Positions 18,852-24,936 of a stretch of DNA of 32,000 bases are shown piece after piece. A program made the position numbers and the translations under genes. Source of the DNA: Akkermansia muciniphila ATCC BAA-835 (GTDB lineage Bacteria > Verrucomicrobiota > Verrucomicrobiia > Verrucomicrobiales > Akkermansiaceae); assembly GCF_000020225.1 (NCBI RefSeq), contig NC_010655.1, positions 90,001-122,000 on the forward strand, in the 5' to 3' direction. The notes under the pieces are model-generated. The model was not told the origin of the DNA, made no database searches, and worked only from the letters and a program-made list of their open reading frames with translations. The stretch's first letter is position 1. Every line of letters begins with the position of its first letter.

Positions 18852-19427
18852 TCACCTGGGAGTTTGATCAATGACGATAAAATCCTTTTTCCCCACATAC
18901 TCCCTCCGGGCACCCGGATCTCCATATTCGTCCCGGAAACGTACTTCCAATTCATATATTTTCCCGCTGGCCAGAGGTTGTAAACAGGTCAGCAGCAAAT
19001 ACGCATCCTTGACGGGCACTTCATGTTTCTCTCCGGGGTTTAGAGTAATAAAGTGCATAAGATTCGCGACACGCTCCATTTGATAGGAGGGAAGATACCA
19101 TGCCGTTGGCCTTTTTCCCTTCTTTCCGTTTCCCTTACTCCATATCTTGATGATCATATTCGGCCCGCGTTCCTTGAAAGGATAGAAGTCGTCGAAAAGA
19201 CGCACAGCCTTTTCTCCCTTATTGGCAAACACCAGCTTGAAGTCCGGAAAAGCGGCTCTTGGATCGAACGAAGCCTTTTCCATCACCACGGAACATTCAA
19301 TCCCGTTATCGGCCATATCCCCCCATGCAGGAGCATGGAAGAACAGGCTGACCAAAAGCCCTAAAATTTGGAAGATTTTCTCATTGCAGCGCGAGCTTTT
19401 GGGAGAAGGCGAGAATTCGCGCTTCAT
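18852..19427 (-). CDS. Exported hypothetical protein, paralogue A of the islet small-protein family, with a chimeric 5' end
   Basis: By eye it is about two-thirds identical to the product of 19564-20103. The hydrophobic segment IFQILGLLVSLFFHAPAWG is preserved, but the first 10 codons (MKREFSPSPK) derive from an internal part of the large-gene family. The ancestral ATG (19382-19384) is out of frame. Confidence 0.6.
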   Translation of the reverse strand: MKREFSPSPKSSRCNEKIFQILGLLVSLFFHAPAWGDMADNGIECSVVMEKASFDPRAAFPDFKLVFANKGEKAVRLFDDFYPFKERGPNMIIKIWSKGNGKKGKRPTAWYLPSYQMERVANLMHFITLNPGEKHEVPVKDAYLLLTCLQPLASGKIYELEVRFRDEYGDPGARREYVGKKDFIVIDQTPR

Positions 19428-19554
19428 CGTCGAGTTCCCTTCGTACTTCCCTTCCTAGATAGGTTCCCTGTCCATCGTGACGTTGAACGCGACCGCATTG
19501 CCACTAGAGGGATCGTAAGCGTTATTCTCATACTTTAAAGCCACCTTGTAATAA
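19397..19554. repeat. Dispersed repeat copy 1 (homologous to 21269-21426)
   Basis: Hand alignment without gaps gives about four-fifths identity over the 143-nt core (19411-19553 vs 21283-21425), with weaker homology extending a further 14 nt to 19397/21269. It is near-perfect around GAGAATTCGCGCTTCATCGT and GGTTCCCTGTCCATCGTGACGTTGAA. Confidence 0.8.
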
Positions 19555-19560
19555 AATGTC
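19428..19560 (-). pseudogene. Fragment of a second copy of the large islet gene (PA14-like region), with an in-frame TAG
   Basis: Minus-strand translation ..YYKVALKYENNAYDPSSGNAVAFNVTMDREPI*EGKYEGNST aligns with residues 107-148 of the 547-aa protein. The stop lies at 19455-19457 where the intact gene has CAG (Gln). Confidence 0.75.
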
Positions 19561-19563
19561 TCA

Positions 19564-20103
19564 CTATCTCCAGGGCGATTGATCGACCACGGAGAAATCT
19601 TTTCTTCCTACATACTTCCTCCGAACACCGGGATCTCCATATCCGTCATGGAAACTAACTTCCAACTCGTAGTTCTCACCATTGATAAGACGGCGAAAAG
19701 GTTTAAGATAGAGCATTAGCAGGTACGCATCCTTAATGAGCACTTCATGCTTCTCTCCGGGCTTCAGCGCGATGAAGTTCAAGAAACGTCCTCGCTCAAT
19801 TTGATACCTGGGGTTGTACCACGCAGCTTCTTTCTTCTGCCCTCGTGTTTGTTTTTGAAAAATCTTTATGAAAATATTCGGGCCGTTATCCTTGAGAGGA
19901 TAGAAGTCATCGAAAAGACGCACGGTCTTTTCGCCCTTGTTCGTGAACACCAGCTTGAAGTCAGGGAAGGCAGCCCTCGCGTCAAATTCGGTTTTTTCCA
20001 TCACCACGGAGCATTCCACTCCGTTGTCGGCCATGTCCCCCCACGCAACCGCATGGAGGGACAGGCTTGCCAGAAGTACTAAATACCGGAAGATTTTTTT
20101 CAT
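19564..20103 (-). CDS. Exported hypothetical protein, paralogue B of the islet small-protein family (179 aa)
   Basis: Signal peptide MKKIFRYLVLLASLSLHAVAWG. The ATG (20101-20103) overlaps the upstream gene's TGA (20100-20102). Beta-sandwich-like motifs FKLVFTNKGEKTVRL and LKPGEKHEV. Confidence 0.8.
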   Translation of the reverse strand: MKKIFRYLVLLASLSLHAVAWGDMADNGVECSVVMEKTEFDARAAFPDFKLVFTNKGEKTVRLFDDFYPLKDNGPNIFIKIFQKQTRGQKKEAAWYNPRYQIERGRFLNFIALKPGEKHEVLIKDAYLLMLYLKPFRRLINGENYELEVSFHDGYGDPGVRRKYVGRKDFSVVDQSPWR

Positions 20104-21743
20104 TGCAGCGTGAACCTGGCCGTTGCCCGGAGAACCCCCAGGAAACAATCCTTACCCTGCTGATTATAGTAGCGCGTTTCCAGTTCACAAGAACATTGTT
20201 TCCAGCCTTCCAGATCGACTTCATCCAGACACGCCGGAATCGTGACGCTGTATTCCTGACCGGGTGCAAGCTCCCGGTAGTTCAAGGGGCGCTGGAAGGT
20301 CATGGTGCCAATTTCCCTGTTCAGAACGCGCATTTTCCCCTGTTGCGTCCTCAACACCGTCACGAAAAAGAAATCGGACGTTTCGTCGTTGATTTCATCG
20401 GGAATGCGGACAGGCTCGTTTCCTTCGTTGCAGAAGCGGACTGTGATTTTGCCCTCCGTGAATTGGGATGTGTCCACAATGGAGATCTGAAGAGGTGTCG
20501 ATTCCTCTGCAATTGCCATGCTGCGGGTTTTACCTTCGCTGACCGGAGGCATGAAACAGGGAGGCTCGATCGTTCCAGGTTTCGTGATAAACCTGGGCAC
20601 ATTGTTCCACCCCATCGCGTCGGCCAGACGAATGACATAGGCGGTTGCCTCGTTCAGGACTTCCTGTCCCGCGCAATAGGGTCTGTCATTGGCATCATCC
20701 GGCAACGCCAGTACATAGTCTGACGTTTCTTTCCAAAGGTCCAATGCCATTTCATTGGCAAGAGCCTGCATGAACTTCACGGCTTCATCCATGTTCGGTT
20801 CTTTGTCGCAGGAGATAGTCTGATTTTCAAGCATTTCCTGTATTTTGGAGTCCTTCCAGTAGAACTTGTAGGCATCCTCCCATTGACGGCGGTGGTGTTC
20901 TTCGTGGGCGAGGGAAGCCTGCGGCGTGTGCCATGTTCCAACTTCTGCACGAGATTGATAACCGTTCATTTCGTTGACCGCTTCGGTGGCTTCTTCTTCA
21001 TTGAGAGGGGGATCAACATAGGGATTCACGTAAATGCCTTCATACATAGTTAGCTTGGCTCCGGCAGAAACGGAAACAACACGACACCTCCATACGTTTT
21101 CCGATTCATCTTTGCAAACCGTTACGCAAATCTTAGGTCTCAAGCTACTTACATTGCAGTCACCATTCCCTTCCAAATAGACGGGGTCCGGTTTCTCAAA
21201 TTCCAGTCCCACTTCCTTGGATGGCTCACAGGTGATAGCGGATTCCTTCTCAATCGTCCACAATTTGATTTTGGGGGACGACGAGAATTCGCGCTTCATC
21301 GTTGAGTTGCCTTCATACTTCCCTGCCTGAATGGGTTCCCTGTCCATCGTGACGTTGAATGCAATGGCATTGTTGCTGACGGGGGTGTAGGCATTATTCG
21401 TGTAAGACAAGGCCACCTTGTAATAGCCAGCTTTCAGGTACCTGGAATCGGTTTCAATATTCAGTTTGCCGTTGGGTGGTATCCCATCCTTTTTTATAGC
21501 TTGCTCACCGGCAATCGTCAGGCTGCCTGTGTCGTCGGCTTCCACGCCGAAATAGTACAGGCCGTCTTCCTCGACCTTGATGAACATTTCCGGCGCTCCG
21601 GTGCAAGTGGCGTGTTCGCACGCCGAACCGTCAAAGTTGAACGTCATCGCGTCAACTCCGAGCGTCTTGCTGATAAGAGGCTCATTCCCTTGATAGATGT
21701 AGACGGGATTAACTGCCTTGTTGATTGGTATATAATTGTTCAT
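20100..21743 (-). CDS. Large Cys-rich hypothetical protein: PA14-like N-terminal domain, central region with HEEHH, C-terminal beta-sandwich-like module; no signal peptide
   Basis: A 547-aa ORF with an in-frame TAA 6 codons upstream of the ATG. PA14-like signatures EDGLYYFGVEADDTGSLTIAGEQ and LKAGYYKVALSYTNN. HEEHH at 20892-20906. It contains 15 Cys. Confidence 0.85.
   Translation of the reverse strand: MNNYIPINKAVNPVYIYQGNEPLISKTLGVDAMTFNFDGSACEHATCTGAPEMFIKVEEDGLYYFGVEADDTGSLTIAGEQAIKKDGIPPNGKLNIETDSRYLKAGYYKVALSYTNNAYTPVSNNAIAFNVTMDREPIQAGKYEGNSTMKREFSSSPKIKLWTIEKESAITCEPSKEVGLEFEKPDPVYLEGNGDCNVSSLRPKICVTVCKDESENVWRCRVVSVSAGAKLTMYEGIYVNPYVDPPLNEEEATEAVNEMNGYQSRAEVGTWHTPQASLAHEEHHRRQWEDAYKFYWKDSKIQEMLENQTISCDKEPNMDEAVKFMQALANEMALDLWKETSDYVLALPDDANDRPYCAGQEVLNEATAYVIRLADAMGWNNVPRFITKPGTIEPPCFMPPVSEGKTRSMAIAEESTPLQISIVDTSQFTEGKITVRFCNEGNEPVRIPDEINDETSDFFFVTVLRTQQGKMRVLNREIGTMTFQRPLNYRELAPGQEYSVTIPACLDEVDLEGWKQCSCELETRYYNQQGKDCFLGVLRATARFTLQ
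21269..21426. repeat. Dispersed repeat copy 2 (inside the large gene; homologous to 19397-19554)
   Basis: See copy 1. Confidence 0.8.
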
Positions 21744-22126
21744 TGCTATTGTTGTTGTTTACTTTTTGGAAAGACCGAACCATCAGCCTTCCAGTATTCT
21801 GGCGGCGTTCCCTGAACCCATCAACACGTTTAACGCGTAGTCCCCCCTCATTCGGAACGAAGAGGAACGACCTCCCCTCTAATTTTACGTGCTGCCGTGA
21901 ACTTGCAAAAAAACTCCTGGTGCATTTTTATATCCTAATTCACGCCATTTTGGAACAAAGTTGCTCCATATAGATCTGACAACAGGCACGGGCGGCATTC
22001 CGCCGCACAATCATGATGCCTTAAAAAACAAGCATTCTCCTCCTTCTCTGTCCGTTCCGCCAAAGAAAAAGGCTGTTTCCAGAGAGTCCTTCACTTAAAA
22101 ACAAAGCATCTTTTCCAAAAACGAGA

Positions 22127-22155
22127 TTGACACCCGCGGTTCTTTTCCCTAGTAT
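22127..22155 (+). promoter_or_regulatory. Putative promoter of the tRNA-Cys/tRNA-Glu pair (TTGACA-17 nt-TAGTAT)
   Basis: Consensus -35 TTGACA at 22127-22132, a 17-nt spacer, then TAGTAT at 22150-22155. tRNA-Cys starts at 22173. Confidence 0.55.
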
Positions 22156-22172
22156 CCGCGCACAGCATCAGC

Positions 22173-22247
22173 GGCGGGGTAGCCAAGTGGTAAGGCGACG
22201 GTCTGCAAAATCGTTATTCGCGGGTTCGATTCCCGCTCCCGCCTCCA
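22173..22247 (+). tRNA. tRNA-Cys (GCA)
   Basis: A 75-nt cloverleaf: acceptor GGCGGGG/TCCCGCC, anticodon arm ACGGT-CTGCAAA-ATCGT, T-arm GCGGG-TTCGATT-CCCGC, discriminator U, and an encoded CCA. Confidence 0.92.
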
Positions 22248-22270
22248 AGATGTTGTCAAAGCCGGTTCAA

Positions 22271-22346
22271 GTCGCGTTCGTCTAGCGGTCCAGGACTCCC
22301 GCCTTTCACGCGGGCAACACGGGTTCGAGTCCCGTACGCGATGCCA
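22271..22346 (+). tRNA. tRNA-Glu (UUC)
   Basis: A 76-nt sequence that aligns position by position with bacterial tRNA-Glu: GTCT-AGCGGTCCA-GGAC, anticodon arm CCCGC-CTTTCAC-GCGGG, T-arm ACGGG-TTCGAGT-CCCGT, and CCA. Confidence 0.92.
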
Positions 22347-22444
22347 GCTTTTCTTTTTTCCAACTTGCACCGGAATCTTTTTTACGCCATCCCCGCGGGA
22401 TGATTCTGGATTTTTTCTCCTGTTGTGGTACAGTAGCTTCCGTC

Positions 22445-22657
22445 ATGGCAGCCCAGAACGATATTATGCTGAACGGAGCCCCGTACGAACTGGCGGAACC
22501 CTGTTCCGTCTCCCGGCTTCTGGAACTTTTGAACATGAAAGGCAAACCCGTCGTCGTGGAACACAACGGGGCCGCGCTCCTGCCGCAGGATTTTTCCCGG
22601 GTGACGGTTTCTCCCGGCGACCGGGTGGAAATCGTCTCCATCGTCGCCGGCGGCTAG
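22445..22657 (+). CDS. thiS: Sulfur-carrier protein ThiS
   Basis: Small ubiquitin-like protein ending ...GDRVEIVSIVAGG-stop, with LNG..YEL near the N-terminus. An alternative start lies at 22466. Confidence 0.8.
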   Translation: MAAQNDIMLNGAPYELAEPCSVSRLLELLNMKGKPVVVEHNGAALLPQDFSRVTVSPGDRVEIVSIVAGG

Positions 22658-22699
22658 GGTTCCGCTTTCGGGAACAGTCTTTTCCAATCCGTCATCGCC

Positions 22700-24601
22700 A
22701 TGCCATCCATCCACGTCATGTCTCCCACCCTTGCCAGCCAAGTGGCGGCAGGAGAAGTAGTGGAGCGCCCCGCCTCCGTTGTGAAGGAACTGGTGGAAAA
22801 CAGCCTGGATGCAGGAGCCAAATTCGTACGGGTGGAAATACGCCGCGGAGGCGTGGGCATGATCAAGGTGACGGACGACGGCAGCGGCATGTCACGGGCA
22901 GACGCCGAGCTGTGCACCAAACGGCACGCCACCAGCAAACTTTCTTCCCTGGAGGAGCTTTTTGAAATCACACACCTGGGATTCCGCGGAGAGGCTCTGC
23001 CCAGCATTGCCAGCGTTTCCCGCTTCAAACTCTGTACCAGGCAGCAGCAGGATCTGGAAGGCTGGGAAATACGCATTGACGGAGGCCTGGAACACGAACC
23101 GAGAAGCTCAGGCGTCTCTCCCGGCACCGCCATTGAGGTGGCCGACTTGTTTTACAATACTCCAGCGCGCCGCAAGTTCCTCAAATCCGCAGAAACGGAA
23201 GCTTCCCATGTGGAGCACCAGATACGCCTGCATGCCCTGGCTTATCCCCAAGTACGGTTTGCCTATAAACGGGACGACCAGCTTGTTTTCGACCTTCCCG
23301 CTACAGCGGATCTGCGCGTCCGCATTTCCGCACTGACGGATGCTGCCACAGCGGCGGCCCTGATTCCGATAGAAACGACCATCGGCCCCGGTATTTCCAT
23401 CACGGGATTCCTGCTTCCTCTTTCCGAAGCCAGACGCACCAGAAAAGGGCAGTACGTCTTTATGAACACGCGCCCCGTGGAGGACCAGCTCATTAACAGG
23501 GCCATTCGGGACGGCTACGGAGGCTTCCCCACCGGACTGCATCCGGCGCTTTTTTTGTATATGGAGGTGGAACCCGCTCTGGTGGACGTCAATGTGCACC
23601 CCGCCAAGAAGGAAGTGAGATTCCGCCGTTCCGCAGACGTGGTAAACACCATTGTGGAAGCCATAGCCAACACTCTTCAAAAGCATGCCCGGCAGGAAAT
23701 CCACGCTGCCGCCGCGCCGGAGCCGGAGAGAACTCTTCCTCCTGCCCATTCTACCACCGCGCCATATGGGGAAATACCCGCCCGTTCCACCAACCCCGGT
23801 TCTGCTTTCCCGGCGGCCGCCAGACCGGCCCCTGCTTCTTCCGCCGCCCAACCGCCGCTTTCCTCCTCTGCCAAACAATCCCATGGGGCTGTCCCTCCCC
23901 CCACCCTCCGGGCCATTCCCCTGAAACAGGTTCCCGCCACCCAGGGAAAACTGGATTTTCACCGTCAGGAGGATGAAGAGACGGCACGAAACGCCCATGA
24001 AAACGCAGCTCTGGAAAGGGATGCCTCCGCCGGATTTTCCTATCTGGGAACACTCCGCCAGCAATTCGCCCTGTTTGAAACGCCGGAAGGCCTGGTTCTG
24101 ATGCATCCCAAGGCGGCCCGGGAACGCATCATATTTGAACGGCTGCGCGCACGCCGGGAAGCCCCCATGCCGTCCCAGCAGCTTCTGGATCCGGTGGTGC
24201 TGGATCTGGACCCGCGGGATTTTGCCGTCATCCGGCAGTTCGCCCCGCATTTTGACCAGGCCGGCATGGCCGTTACGCCCTTTGGACAGAATACAATCAG
24301 AATAGAATCCATCCCCGCACTGCTGGAACTGGAAAACGCACGCGCTTTTCTCCTGGAGCTGGTGGACCGTCTCACCCAGTCCGAATTCAGCCGAAATGCC
24401 AAACGCGTGGCTTATGAGACCTTCATTGGGGAATTTGCCAGAAAATCCGCCTGGAGGGAGCGCATTTCCCCTCACCGGGCCCCTGCCATCCTAAAGGATT
24501 TGCTTGCCTGTGAAGTGCCGTACTGCACCCCGGGTGGCAAACCCACGCTGGTGAATTATTCCGTTCCGGAAATTAAACGTAAATTCGGCCTACAGGCATA
24601 A
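22700..24601 (+). CDS. mutL: DNA mismatch repair protein MutL
   Basis: GHKL ATPase N-terminus LASQVAAGEVVERPASVVKELVENSLDAGA and GFRGEAL, a Pro/Ala-rich linker, and a C-terminal dimerisation domain. Confidence 0.95.
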   Translation: MPSIHVMSPTLASQVAAGEVVERPASVVKELVENSLDAGAKFVRVEIRRGGVGMIKVTDDGSGMSRADAELCTKRHATSKLSSLEELFEITHLGFRGEALPSIASVSRFKLCTRQQQDLEGWEIRIDGGLEHEPRSSGVSPGTAIEVADLFYNTPARRKFLKSAETEASHVEHQIRLHALAYPQVRFAYKRDDQLVFDLPATADLRVRISALTDAATAAALIPIETTIGPGISITGFLLPLSEARRTRKGQYVFMNTRPVEDQLINRAIRDGYGGFPTGLHPALFLYMEVEPALVDVNVHPAKKEVRFRRSADVVNTIVEAIANTLQKHARQEIHAAAAPEPERTLPPAHSTTAPYGEIPARSTNPGSAFPAAARPAPASSAAQPPLSSSAKQSHGAVPPPTLRAIPLKQVPATQGKLDFHRQEDEETARNAHENAALERDASAGFSYLGTLRQQFALFETPEGLVLMHPKAARERIIFERLRARREAPMPSQQLLDPVVLDLDPRDFAVIRQFAPHFDQAGMAVTPFGQNTIRIESIPALLELENARAFLLELVDRLTQSEFSRNAKRVAYETFIGEFARKSAWRERISPHRAPAILKDLLACEVPYCTPGGKPTLVNYSVPEIKRKFGLQA

Positions 24602-24936
24602 GGATAAGGGAACCTTGTTTTCCGGAAAACAGGCCGAAACGCTGCAAGATTTTACGGCAAACGGAAAATATGCAGCCAAAGACGGATTGACGCCCGCTTC
24701 CGCAGTATATTTATTTTCCCTTACCGATACTCAGTTTTATTTCAGCCGCAGCAAGGGGCAGAAACTCTCCCTGGCAACAGGGAGCATTTTACCCTGTCCG
24801 GCTACGGACACCTTTTCCGTCTTGTCCACCAGAACTCTGGCATTCGGACGCATCCTCCCACATACAACAGGGAGCTTGCTCTTGGCAAGGAAGTTTCCCG
24901 CGTTTATACTGCAGCCTTCCAGATAAATTCCCAGCC

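Noticed and set aside
20067-20723. 218-aa plus-strand ORF inside the islet
   Set aside because: It is antisense to the 3' part of the 547-aa gene and to the start of paralogue B. It has no signal or motif and an odd composition. The minus-strand frames are supported by paralogy and coupling.
20892-20906. Calling the large islet protein a zinc metallopeptidase outright on the basis of HEEHH
   Set aside because: HExxH is short and occurs by chance. Here the inner residues are charged (E, H), no clear third ligand motif was found, and no zincin family signature is recognisable. It is kept only as a hypothesis in the findings.
18700-22126. Classical integrative element (integrase, att repeats, IS or transposase) or CRISPR/defence hallmarks in the islet
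   Set aside because: I found no recombinase, transposase, nuclease or ATPase-like ORFs, no direct repeat of the tRNA sequence at the far boundary, and no repeat-spacer array. The islet lies on the 5' (promoter) side of tRNA-Cys rather than at its 3' end.
22347-22444. TPP (THI-box) riboswitch upstream of thiS
   Set aside because: There are no CTGAGA / ACCTGATCCGG-type THI-box elements, and the region is only 98 nt and T-rich.
24616-24631. Perfect 16-nt palindrome TGTTTTCCGGAAAACA just after mutL, as a possible terminator
   Set aside because: No T-run follows on either strand. It may be a protein-binding site, but there is no second copy or other support.
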